A stretch of 64,000 nt of DNA, from contig CBDDFZ010000001.1 in NCBI GenBank assembly GCA_965227515.1, forward strand, positions 3,552,001 to 3,616,000, read 5' to 3'. Of this stretch, positions 51,666-60,675 are shown one piece after another. The first letter of the stretch is position 1. Every line of letters begins with the position of its first letter. The notes below the pieces were generated by a model. That model was not told where the DNA came from. It made no database searches and saw only the letters and a list, made by a program, of their open reading frames with translations. The translations under genes were made by a program, and so were the position numbers. The DNA comes from Alphaproteobacteria bacterium (GTDB lineage Bacteria; Pseudomonadota; Alphaproteobacteria; CALKHQ01).

Positions 51666-53032
51666 TTATCCTCTGCGTACACCAGGGCGTTGGGGGACGG
51701 GGTCTCGCCCGGATCGGCGCCCCGCGCCTTCTGGCGGTCCCGGATCGTTTGAACATCGGCATCGCGCACGTTCACGCCGGCATCCAGCGCGACGACGGCG
51801 GCGGTGCCGGCCGCCTCGCCCATCGCCATGCAGGGCGGGATCTCGCGGCTGAGCTTCTGCGCCTGCGGCGTCGCCGAATAGTGCCGCCCGGCCACCAGCA
51901 ACTGCTCCACGCCCACCGGCAGGATCGCGCGATAGGGCGTGTAGTAGTCGCGGCCCCGGCACACCGTATCCTCGAAGTGCCGGCGCTTCATGATGTCTTC
52001 CTTGGTCACCACGTACTCGCCTTGCAACAGGCGGGTCTGGCGCACGCCGGTCTGCGGCGCGAAGTCGACGATGTGGGCGTCCTCGAAGCCCGGATAGTTG
52101 GCGCGCGCGAAGTCGAGCAGGTTCTCGATCCGTGACCGGCCATCCAGCTCGGCCTTGGTCAGGTCGTTGACCTTCAGGCCGTCGAGGCCGGCCATGTGCG
52201 GGCAGTTCAGCCAGACAACGCCGGGCAGCGGCGTCTTCAGCCACCAGTGCGCCCAACAACCGCCGATGATGCGCTTGGCCTCGCGGTCGACGGCCTTGAA
52301 CCGATCGGGCTCCTCGTACTCGAAGCGCTCGGCGGCATCGGTGTCGATATTGCCCCAGCGCGACACGGTGGTGAGGATGAACGCGCCCTCGTCGAACGCC
52401 GCACCGGCGCTGGCGGCGACATCCAGATCGCCGGTGGTGTCGATGACGATGTCGCCCAGGACCGCCTGCGCGCCTTCCTTGGTGTGGCAGATCACGCCCT
52501 TGGCGGCACCGTCCTCGACGATGGCCGACGAGAACCAGCTATGGCAGCGCAGCTTGACGCCGGACTCCGCGATCATCTCGTAGGCGGCACGCTTGTAGCC
52601 GTCGGGATCGAAAGCTGCGGCGTAGACGATCGGGTGCGGCATCGTCTTGGTGCGGAAGTCGAACAGGCCCCAACGCGCCCACTTGCGATAGACGTCCATG
52701 TTGGCGCGCACATCGGGCTGGCGGTCGGCCTCGTCCGGCACGACGGCAAGGCCCCATTGCTGCATGCGCTCGATGATCTCAAGCCCGATGCCGCGCACCG
52801 AGATCTCGGTGTCGTTGTGCATGTCGTCCAGGATCAGCACCATGCCGCCGGTGGCCAGCCCGCCCAGGTAGGGGTAGCGCTCCAGCAGGGTCACGCTGGC
52901 GCCGAGCCGGGCGGCGGCAACGGCCGCCGAAATGCCGGCCGGCCCGCCACCAACCACGACCACGTCGCTGCGGTCGACCACCGTGGCCTCACGCGCGGCC
53001 TCGCGCACTGTCGGTGCATCAGTCATGTCCAT
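51662..53032 (-). CDS. FAD-dependent oxidoreductase (uncharacterised FAD_oxidored family)
   Basis: VVVGGGPAG...LLERYPYLGGLATGG; IDTTGDLD; GVRQTR; LLVAGR; CMAMGEAAG. Confidence 0.88.
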   Translation of the reverse strand: MDMTDAPTVREAAREATVVDRSDVVVVGGGPAGISAAVAAARLGASVTLLERYPYLGGLATGGMVLILDDMHNDTEISVRGIGLEIIERMQQWGLAVVPDEADRQPDVRANMDVYRKWARWGLFDFRTKTMPHPIVYAAAFDPDGYKRAAYEMIAESGVKLRCHSWFSSAIVEDGAAKGVICHTKEGAQAVLGDIVIDTTGDLDVAASAGAAFDEGAFILTTVSRWGNIDTDAAERFEYEEPDRFKAVDREAKRIIGGCWAHWWLKTPLPGVVWLNCPHMAGLDGLKVNDLTKAELDGRSRIENLLDFARANYPGFEDAHIVDFAPQTGVRQTRLLQGEYVVTKEDIMKRRHFEDTVCRGRDYYTPYRAILPVGVEQLLVAGRHYSATPQAQKLSREIPPCMAMGEAAGTAAVVALDAGVNVRDADVQTIRDRQKARGADPGETPSPNALVYAEDN

Positions 53033-53053
53033 GGTCCTCCAACGCCGTCCGGC

Positions 53054-53887
53054 CTAAAACACCGCCGGCGATTTCCAGCGTACGACCCGGCGCTCCGCCA
53101 TGCCGACCATGCTGAACAGCAGCACGGCCAGCCCGGCGCACACGAACACGGTCGCGTAGAGCAGCGGCGAGCGATAATTGTAGGTGGCCTCGATGATCAG
53201 GGCGCCGAGGCCGAAATTCGACCCGATCCATTCGCCGACCACAGCACCGATCACGCAGGTGGTGCTGGCGATCTTCAGGGCGGCGAACAGGAACGGCAAC
53301 GAGCTCTGCATCCTGAGCTTCCACAGCACTTCGCCCTTGGTGGCCGAGAGCACGCGCATCAGGTCCAGCATCGCCGGGCTCACCGCCTTCAGCCCGCGCA
53401 CCATGTTGACCAGGGTCGGGAAGAAGCAGATCAGCGCCGCAATCACGATCTTCGGCGCGTAGCCGTTGCCCAGCAGCAGCACCAGGATCGGCGCGATGGC
53501 GATGATCGGGATCGTATTGATGAACACCGCGATCGGGTAGACTGCCGCCTCGGCGGTGCGGTTGTGAACGAACCAGATCGCCAGCCCTATGGCGACCGCA
53601 TTGCCGACGATGAAGCCGATCAGCGCCTCCATCAGGGTCGGCCAGAAGTTGTTGAGCAACATCAGGCCGTCGGTCCAGAACGTCTGCAGGATCAGCCAAG
53701 GCGTCGGCGCGATGAAGGTCGGCACCTCGAACACGTCGCAGCCGACCTGCCACAGGATCAGCAGGCAGGCCACCGTCACCAGGGCTGGCCAGCGCGCCGG
53801 GCGCCCCTGCGGCGATGCCTTCTTGCGCGTGGCCGTGACGGCAGCGGTGGTGGCGCCGGCCACATCCCGCTCGATAGCGGCGCTCAT
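53054..53887 (-). CDS. NitT/TauT-family ABC permease
   Basis: IPIIAIAP, FFPTLVN, SSLPFLFAALK, GAVVGEW; start re-called. Confidence 0.9.
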   Translation of the reverse strand: MSAAIERDVAGATTAAVTATRKKASPQGRPARWPALVTVACLLILWQVGCDVFEVPTFIAPTPWLILQTFWTDGLMLLNNFWPTLMEALIGFIVGNAVAIGLAIWFVHNRTAEAAVYPIAVFINTIPIIAIAPILVLLLGNGYAPKIVIAALICFFPTLVNMVRGLKAVSPAMLDLMRVLSATKGEVLWKLRMQSSLPFLFAALKIASTTCVIGAVVGEWIGSNFGLGALIIEATYNYRSPLLYATVFVCAGLAVLLFSMVGMAERRVVRWKSPAVF

Positions 53888-54696
53888 CAGCATTCCTCCA
53901 GCAGCGCGCGCAGCTTGGCCGTGACCTCGATGAACTCCATCGTGTCGCGCACCGCCAAGCGGCGTGGGGTGCCGAGATCGACCGGTACGAAGGCGTGGAC
54001 CCGGCCGGGGTGCGAGGCCAGCATCAACACGCTCTGGCCCAGGAACGCCGCCTCCGGGATGGAGTGGGTCACGAACACGATGGTGGTCCCGGTCTCCTGC
54101 CAGATCCGCAGCAGTTCCTCGTTCAGCTTGTCGCGGGTGATCTCGTCCAGCGCACCGAACGGCTCGTCCATCAGCAGGATGCGCGGGCGCACCACCAGCG
54201 CGCGGGCAATCGCCACCCGTTGACGCATGCCGCCGGACAGCTCGTCCGGGTAGGCCAGTTCGCGGCCGGAAAGCCCGACCATGGCCAGCAGCGCTTCCGG
54301 GTCTTCGTGGTCGGGACTGCCGCCGCCGACTTCCAGCGGCAGGCGCACATTGTCGATGACCGTGCGCCAGGGCAGCAGCGTCGCCTCTTGGAAGACGAAG
54401 GCGAAGTCGCGCTCGCGCCTGGCCTGCCAGGGCTCGCGGCCGTGGACGACGATGTTGCCGTCGGTGATCGGCACAAGGTCGGCGATGGCTCGCAGCAGGG
54501 TCGACTTCCCACAACCGGACGGACCCAGCATGGTGACCAGCCCGCCCTCCGGAATGTCGACGCTGACGTCCTGCAGCGCCGTCACGCCGTCGACGTCGTC
54601 GCCGAACCGGACGGTGACGTTCTCGACCGAGATGGCGGTGCGCCCCACTTCGGACGCACCGGCCATATCAGTGGTTGCGGTCATGGCGGCCGACAC
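53887..54696 (-). CDS. NitT/TauT-family ABC ATPase
   Basis: [34 protein letters not shown]. Confidence 0.93.
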   Translation of the reverse strand: MSAAMTATTDMAGASEVGRTAISVENVTVRFGDDVDGVTALQDVSVDIPEGGLVTMLGPSGCGKSTLLRAIADLVPITDGNIVVHGREPWQARRERDFAFVFQEATLLPWRTVIDNVRLPLEVGGGSPDHEDPEALLAMVGLSGRELAYPDELSGGMRQRVAIARALVVRPRILLMDEPFGALDEITRDKLNEELLRIWQETGTTIVFVTHSIPEAAFLGQSVLMLASHPGRVHAFVPVDLGTPRRLAVRDTMEFIEVTAKLRALLEEC

Positions 54697-54726
54697 GGCG
54701 ACGGACCCTGGCTGGCGCGCGGCGGG

Positions 54727-55764
54727 CTAGCCCTTGCGCGCCTCGGCGGTGGCGTCCAGGATCGCGGTGGTCATCACGTCATCCACCGTCGGCACGTCGC
54801 CGCTGAACTGCTCCAACGCGGCATAGGTGTCGATCTGGGCCCGCCAGTTGGCCGGGTCCATCACACCCCAGCCGCCGGCATCGGTGGCATCGCCGAAGCT
54901 GAAGCCGATCACCGGGCCGACCGCTTGCAACTCGGAATCGCGGTCCAGGTTCGGGAACATCGCGACCAGCAGGTCGACCGCCTCTTCCTGGTTGTCGCGG
55001 GCGTATTGCCAGCCGCGCGCCGAACCGCGGATGAAGCCGGCCAGCACGTCGCCGTGCTCTTCGAGCATGTCGTCGGTGCTGAAATAGACATTGGCGTAGA
55101 GCTGGATGCCGGCGTCCCACAGCATCATGTCGACCCGGTCCTCGCCGAGCACGCTGAGCGCGCCGACATTGGTCTGCCAGCCGGTGACGGCGGCGACCTG
55201 GCCGGTCACGAGCTGGTTCATGTCGCTGCCCATGGGAATGACCTCGACATCGTCCTCGCTGATACCGTTGGCGGCCAACAGCGCGCGCAACAGGATTTCG
55301 GCGGTCGGCTGGGTCGCGATGGTCTGGCCGACCATGTCGGCGGGCTCGCGAATCGGGTTGCCCTCAAGCGAGAAGTACGTGAACGGGTGCTTCTGGTAGC
55401 CGGCGGCAATCGCCTTGATCGGAATGCCGGCGGAGCGCGCCAGCATCAGCGCCGGGCTGGACGAGGTCTGGCCGCCTTCCTTGGCGCCGGAACCGACGGC
55501 GGCGACACCGTCCACGTTCGGCCCGCCGGGGGTGATGGAAAGCTCGACGCCCTCCTCCGCGTAGAAGCCCTTGGCAATGCCGACCACTTCGCCGATCACG
55601 CCGTTACTGGCCAGCCAGCCAAGCTGCAGGTCGACCTCGGCCATGTCCTGGGCACGGGCGCCCACGGTCACCAGGCTGGCGACCGATGCCGGCATTGCGC
55701 CGGCCAAACCTGCGCTGCCAAGACCCTTCAGGACATTGCGGCGATGCGTACGCGTCTTCAACAT
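54727..55764 (-). CDS. NMT1/THI5-like ABC substrate-binding protein with Tat signal
   Basis: HRRNVLK; LQLGW, KGFYAEEGVEL, PGGP. Confidence 0.87.
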   Translation of the reverse strand: MLKTRTHRRNVLKGLGSAGLAGAMPASVASLVTVGARAQDMAEVDLQLGWLASNGVIGEVVGIAKGFYAEEGVELSITPGGPNVDGVAAVGSGAKEGGQTSSSPALMLARSAGIPIKAIAAGYQKHPFTYFSLEGNPIREPADMVGQTIATQPTAEILLRALLAANGISEDDVEVIPMGSDMNQLVTGQVAAVTGWQTNVGALSVLGEDRVDMMLWDAGIQLYANVYFSTDDMLEEHGDVLAGFIRGSARGWQYARDNQEEAVDLLVAMFPNLDRDSELQAVGPVIGFSFGDATDAGGWGVMDPANWRAQIDTYAALEQFSGDVPTVDDVMTTAILDATAEARKG

Positions 55765-55855
55765 CTCAACCCCCTGCGATGTGCGTTGGTCCGACGCACC
55801 GGGCGTGCGCCGAACGCGTGCTCACGATGTGCGCGCAAGGTTAGGCGCGTTTTGC

Positions 55856-55906
55856 GTTGCGGAGATAGCAGCAAGTTTCGGCATCCCCGTTGCTCTTTTG
55901 GCAACG
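55856..55906. promoter_or_regulatory. Tandem LysR-type boxes (GTTGC-N7-GCAGC and CGTTGC-N7-GCAACG)
   Basis: Perfect dyad at 55888-55906 (T-N11-A) and a degenerate copy at 55856-55872, upstream of the 55764 operon that ends in a LysR gene. Confidence 0.55.
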
Positions 55907-56079
55907 CAAATTCAAGAACGGGCGCGAACGCCCAAATTGCGTCACCGATCCTCCGCATCGCCGGCCAACTGCGCGTCCATGGTCCCGTCAACGAGGACGC
56001 GGCACGACGCGCGACGGCGGGCAATATGCTATTGCTGAGCGAATGAACCGGAGAAACTGAGAGCGATTCAGGAGGTTCC

Positions 56080-56967
56080 ATGGACAGACGCGATTTCATG
56101 GCAGGGACTGCCGCAGCCATTGCGGCGGGCAGCGTTGCCCTGCCCGTGGGCGCGACTCAGGAGACGACGGTTCCGCAGCCGTACGACTGGAACGCCTATC
56201 CGCCGATGGCGCCCGGCCAGCGCGCCGAATACATCGAATGGATGGTCGAGAATCGTGGCGAGGACCCGTACTACCTGGGCCTGCACTGGGACCGTTATCA
56301 GGTGCTGGTCAACAACCGCGACCTGCTGGACGACCGCAACAAACGCGCCTTCCTGATGCTGCCGCGCGAGGAGTTCTGCCTGGAGCGCAATTTGAGCCGC
56401 GCCTATGAGCACGCCTTCCTCGACATCGGCTATGGGGTCACCATCTCCGGCCCGCACCTGGTCGGCCGTATGACCACCTCCATCGACGTCCAGTTCGGCG
56501 AGAAGGTGCTGGAGGTCGGCACCGGCTCCGGCTACCAGTCCGCCTACCTGGCCAATTTGACCGACAAGGTGTGGACCATCGAGATCATCGCCCCGCTGGC
56601 CGAGCGCACGCGCGGCGTCCACGACAACCTGATCGCCCGGGGCTACACCGAATACCAGGCGATCTCATCGAAGAACGCCGACGGCTATTATGGGTGGGAG
56701 GACGCAGGCCCTTTCGACAAGATCATCGTGACCTGCGGCATCGACCATGTGCCGCCGCCGCTGCTGCAACAGCTCAAGGTCGGCGGCATCATGGTGATCC
56801 CGGTCGGGCCGCCCGGCGCCCACCACGTGCTCAAGATCATCAAGGAACAGGCCGAGGACGGCACCGTCCGGGTCAATCGCACCGACATCTATGGCGGGCG
56901 CGTCGTGCCGTTCGTGCCCTTCACCAAGCTGGAGGGCGACGAGATCGTCGGCGTCCACCACCAGTAG
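56080..56967 (+). CDS. pcm: Protein-L-isoaspartate O-methyltransferase (PIMT) family protein with Tat signal peptide, copy 1
   Basis: MDRRDFM...LPVGA signal; PREEF, VTISGP, KVLEVGTGSGYQSA, GPFDKIIVTCG, LLQQLKVGGIMVIPVG, FVPF. Confidence 0.88.
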   Translation: MDRRDFMAGTAAAIAAGSVALPVGATQETTVPQPYDWNAYPPMAPGQRAEYIEWMVENRGEDPYYLGLHWDRYQVLVNNRDLLDDRNKRAFLMLPREEFCLERNLSRAYEHAFLDIGYGVTISGPHLVGRMTTSIDVQFGEKVLEVGTGSGYQSAYLANLTDKVWTIEIIAPLAERTRGVHDNLIARGYTEYQAISSKNADGYYGWEDAGPFDKIIVTCGIDHVPPPLLQQLKVGGIMVIPVGPPGAHHVLKIIKEQAEDGTVRVNRTDIYGGRVVPFVPFTKLEGDEIVGVHHQ

Positions 56968-57057
56968 ACAACTTACCGCCCGCAACAGAGGAATGCTTTC
57001 CTTTGCGCCCGGCGCGATGCGATGTTACGCGCAGCGGACTCAGAGTCGGAGGATACC

Positions 57058-57942
57058 GTGAAAAGACGAGACTTCATGGCGGGTACTGCCGCCGTCGCCG
57101 CGGGCAGTATGGCCCTGCCCGGACTTGCCAGCGCGGAGACGTCCGTTCCGCTCCCGTACAATTGGGAAGCCTATCCGCCGATGGAGCTGGGCCAGCGCGC
57201 CGAATACATCGAGTGGATGGCGCAGTATCGCGGTGAGGACCCGCACTTCCTGGGCCTGCATTGGGACCGCTACGAGCACCTGATCGGTCACCGCGACTTG
57301 CTGGACGACCGCACCAGGCGGGCCTTTCTGATGACGCCGCGCGAGGAATTCTGCCTGGAGCGCAACCTTGGCCGCGTCTATGACCGCGCTTTCCTCGACA
57401 TCGGCTGGGGCGTGACCATTTCCGGCCCGAATCTGGTCGGCCGGATGACCAGCTCGATCAAGGTCGACTTCGGCGAGAAGGTGCTGGAGGTCGGCACCGG
57501 CTCCGGCTACCAGTCGGCCATGCTGTCCAACCTGACCGACAAGGTGTGGACCATCGAGATCATCGCGCCGCTGGCCGAGCGCACGCGCGGCATCTACGAC
57601 GCGCTGATCGAGCGCGGCTATACCGAGTACGGCGCCATCACCAGCAAGAACGCCGACGGCTACTATGGCTGGGAAGAGGCCGCCCCGTTCGACAAGATCG
57701 TCGTCACCTGCGGCATCGACCACGTGCCGCCGCCGCTGCTGCAGCAGCTCCGGGTCGGCGGCATCATGGTGATTCCGGTCGGTCCGCCCGGTGGCCACCA
57801 CGTGCTGAAGATCGTCAAGGAACAGGCCGATGACGGTACGGTCCGCGTCGCCCGGTCCGACATCTACGGCGGCAGCATCGTGCCGTTCGTGCCCTTCACC
57901 AAGCTGGAAGGGGACGAAATCGTCGGTGTCCACCACCAGTAG
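57058..57942 (+). CDS. pcm: PIMT family protein with Tat signal peptide, copy 2 (tandem paralog)
   Basis: GTG start after GGAGG; KRRDFM...LASA signal; same PIMT motifs; identical C-terminus EGDEIVGVHHQ. Confidence 0.88.
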   Translation: MKRRDFMAGTAAVAAGSMALPGLASAETSVPLPYNWEAYPPMELGQRAEYIEWMAQYRGEDPHFLGLHWDRYEHLIGHRDLLDDRTRRAFLMTPREEFCLERNLGRVYDRAFLDIGWGVTISGPNLVGRMTSSIKVDFGEKVLEVGTGSGYQSAMLSNLTDKVWTIEIIAPLAERTRGIYDALIERGYTEYGAITSKNADGYYGWEEAAPFDKIVVTCGIDHVPPPLLQQLRVGGIMVIPVGPPGGHHVLKIVKEQADDGTVRVARSDIYGGSIVPFVPFTKLEGDEIVGVHHQ

Positions 57943-57999
57943 GCACCTCGACCTGTCGATGCCGGTGCGCCCGCCGCGACGCGCCGGACGGGGCACCGC

Positions 58000-60675
58000 A
58001 TGACCACTCTTGCGGCCGCGAGCGAGCGGTACATCAGCACGCCGCGGCCGTCGCTCCTGCTCTATCTCGCCATGGGCCTCGTCGCCGGGGCCGTCATTGC
58101 GTACCAGATTTTCATCATGCGGGTCTTCGCGGTGGGGAGCTGGACCCACTTCGGCTCGTTCGTCGTCGCCCTCGCCATGCTCGGCTTCGGCCTGGCCAGC
58201 GCGGTGATGGCGCTGTCGAAGGAGTTCTTCCAGCGCCGATGGCGCGGCGTGACGACCGTGTCGGTGGTCCTGTTCGGCCCGCTGATGGCCGGTTGCCAAA
58301 TCGTGGCGCAGCAGTACCCGTTCAACCCGATCTTCCTGGTCTCAGATCCGGCGCAGAGCTGGAACCTGGCAACCAACTTCGTTCTCTATTTCCTACCGTT
58401 CTTCGCCGCCGCCGTCTTCATCGGCACCGTGTTCCTGAAGACCTCCCAGGTCTTCGGACGGGTCTATTTCGCCGACCTGCTGGGTGCCGGGCTTGCCGGC
58501 CTGCTCATCCTCGGCGGCATGTTCCTGTTCCCGCCGGAACACCTGATCGTCGTGCCGCTGACGGTCTGGTTCATCGGCGCACTGTGCTGGCTGAAGTGGA
58601 TCGAAGGCCGCGCGAGCTTTGCATGCCTTATCGTTGCCGCCATTCTTTCGGCCGGGCTGCATGCCGTGCCGCCGCGTGCCGGCGACCTCGTCGATGCGCT
58701 CGGCCTGCGCGACGTGTTCCCGACCGCCGAGAATCTGCCGCACATCGCGGTGTCCGACTACAAGGGCGTTTCCTACGCGCGCAACTTCCCGGACTCCGAG
58801 CGCGTCTATTCGGACATCTCGCCGTTCGGCGACCTGCAAATCTACCAAAGCTCGTACCTGCATTTCGCGCCCGGCCTGTCCGACAACGCGGCTTTCAACA
58901 TCCCGGAGATGCCGTCGAACGCCTTCCTCGGCATGTACATCGACAGCGACGGGCCGAGCGGCATCATGCGCGAGCTGCCGGACGAACAGACGCTCTATTT
59001 CCGTTTCCTGCCGATGTACTACCCGTTCCTGGTCAAGGAGGATCCGTCGGTCTTCGTGGTCCAGTTCGGCGGCGGTATCTCCACGACCGTGGCGCTGCGC
59101 AGCGGTGCGTCGGACGTGACGGTGGCGGAGGCCAACCCTGCCGTGCTGAGCGTGATGGACGCGCCGCTTGTCCGCGACTTCACCGGCGACCTGCTGGGCG
59201 ACCCGCGCCTGACGGTGATCCCCTACGAGGGGCGCCTGTTCCTGGCCTCGACCGACCAGCGCTACGACATCATCGACTTGAGCCTCGCCGACTCCGTCGG
59301 GCTTTCCAGCCCTGGCGGCTTCGCCATCGCGGAGCGCTACGCCTACACCCGCGAGGCGATGAGCACGTATATGCGCGCGCTCGACGACGGGGGCATCCTG
59401 TCGGTCACGGTGTGGAACAAGGAGGAGCCGCCGAAGTCGGTGCTGCGCCTCTATGCCACCATGGCCGAGGCGGCGCGGGAGATCGATCCGGACAGCGTGG
59501 CGCAGTCGTTCTATGTCGCCGCCAACTACCTCTCCACCGCGACCGTGCTCTACAAGCGCGGCGGCTTCACGGACGAGGAGATCGCCATCCTCTCCGACAA
59601 CACCTACGCACTGTCGTTCGACGAGATATTCGCGCCGGGCATCGAGGTCGAGGGCGACGAGGCGCAGCTCCTGTCCGACTACCGGGCGCAGATCTTCGGC
59701 ATCGAAGATGGGGGCGATGGGTCGGGCGCCGATCCGATGGCGTGGATGGAAGACGACAGCGACCCGATGCTGGATCCCGTCTTCGAGGAGGGACCGGTGG
59801 TGATGCCGGCGACCTCGCTCGGCCGTTTCGCCTGGCAGGCGCTGGCCAACGACGACTGGGAGACCTTCTCGAGCACGTACGTTTTCGATGTGGACGGCCT
59901 GGACAACGACCGCCCCTATTTCGCGGCTTACGTGCGCCCGTCCGACCTGCCCGACACCCTCGACCGGCTGGAGCTGTTCCAGGACGACTGGGGCTATCTC
60001 GCGGTCTGGGGCACGCTGATCGTTGCCGGCATCGCGGCCCTGTTCCTGCTGTTGTTCCCGATCGTCTTCGGCTGGCGCGCCATCTTCAGCGCCTATCCCG
60101 GCAAGCTCGGCACCCTGCTCTACTTCGCCTGCCTCGGCTTCGGCTACATGCTGGTCGAGGTCGGGATGATCTCCAAGTTCATCCTGGCGCTGTCGACACC
60201 CACCGTCTCCGCCTCGGTGCTGATCACCGGCATGCTGGTCTTCTCCGGCCTCGGCAGCCTGCTGTCGGAGCGGTTCCTCGACCGCGCCAAGCAGGTGATG
60301 CCCTACGTCTTCGCGACCATCGGCGTGCTGCTGATCGGCTACAGCTTCGTCCTCGACTACGTGCTCGACTGGATCGGCACCTTCCCCTACGTCGTCCGCC
60401 TGGTGCTGTGCCTGGCCCTGATCGCGCCGCCGGCATTGCTGATGGGCTTCCCGCTTGCAACCGCCATGACCTGGCTCGGCCGGCTGGGCAAGGACCATCT
60501 GTTCATCTGGGCCTGGGGCATCAACGGCAGCTTCTCGGTCATCGGCTCGGCGGCGATCCCGGTGCTGGCGGTCAGCTTCGGCCTGACCTCGGTGATCCAG
60601 ATCGCCGGCATCGCCTACCTCATCGCCCTGCCCGCCTTCGTAGCGGTGTTGCTGCCGCTGCGCCGCCCGGCATGA
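58000..60675 (+). CDS. Polytopic membrane protein (~14 TM) with a central spermidine-synthase-like SAM-binding domain
   Basis: 7 N-terminal and 7 C-terminal hydrophobic segments; the central domain has VVQFGGG...VTVAEANP, EGRLFL, YDIIDL, YTREAM and LDDGGILSV. Confidence 0.8.
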   Translation: MTTLAAASERYISTPRPSLLLYLAMGLVAGAVIAYQIFIMRVFAVGSWTHFGSFVVALAMLGFGLASAVMALSKEFFQRRWRGVTTVSVVLFGPLMAGCQIVAQQYPFNPIFLVSDPAQSWNLATNFVLYFLPFFAAAVFIGTVFLKTSQVFGRVYFADLLGAGLAGLLILGGMFLFPPEHLIVVPLTVWFIGALCWLKWIEGRASFACLIVAAILSAGLHAVPPRAGDLVDALGLRDVFPTAENLPHIAVSDYKGVSYARNFPDSERVYSDISPFGDLQIYQSSYLHFAPGLSDNAAFNIPEMPSNAFLGMYIDSDGPSGIMRELPDEQTLYFRFLPMYYPFLVKEDPSVFVVQFGGGISTTVALRSGASDVTVAEANPAVLSVMDAPLVRDFTGDLLGDPRLTVIPYEGRLFLASTDQRYDIIDLSLADSVGLSSPGGFAIAERYAYTREAMSTYMRALDDGGILSVTVWNKEEPPKSVLRLYATMAEAAREIDPDSVAQSFYVAANYLSTATVLYKRGGFTDEEIAILSDNTYALSFDEIFAPGIEVEGDEAQLLSDYRAQIFGIEDGGDGSGADPMAWMEDDSDPMLDPVFEEGPVVMPATSLGRFAWQALANDDWETFSSTYVFDVDGLDNDRPYFAAYVRPSDLPDTLDRLELFQDDWGYLAVWGTLIVAGIAALFLLLFPIVFGWRAIFSAYPGKLGTLLYFACLGFGYMLVEVGMISKFILALSTPTVSASVLITGMLVFSGLGSLLSERFLDRAKQVMPYVFATIGVLLIGYSFVLDYVLDWIGTFPYVVRLVLCLALIAPPALLMGFPLATAMTWLGRLGKDHLFIWAWGINGSFSVIGSAAIPVLAVSFGLTSVIQIAGIAYLIALPAFVAVLLPLRRPA

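Noticed and set aside
56080-57942. RiPP (lanthipeptide/lasso/graspetide) aspartimide-forming PIMT cluster
   Set aside because: No precursor peptide, cyclase or ATP-grasp gene is nearby, there is no C-terminal extension of the RiPP-type enzymes, and these proteins have export signals.
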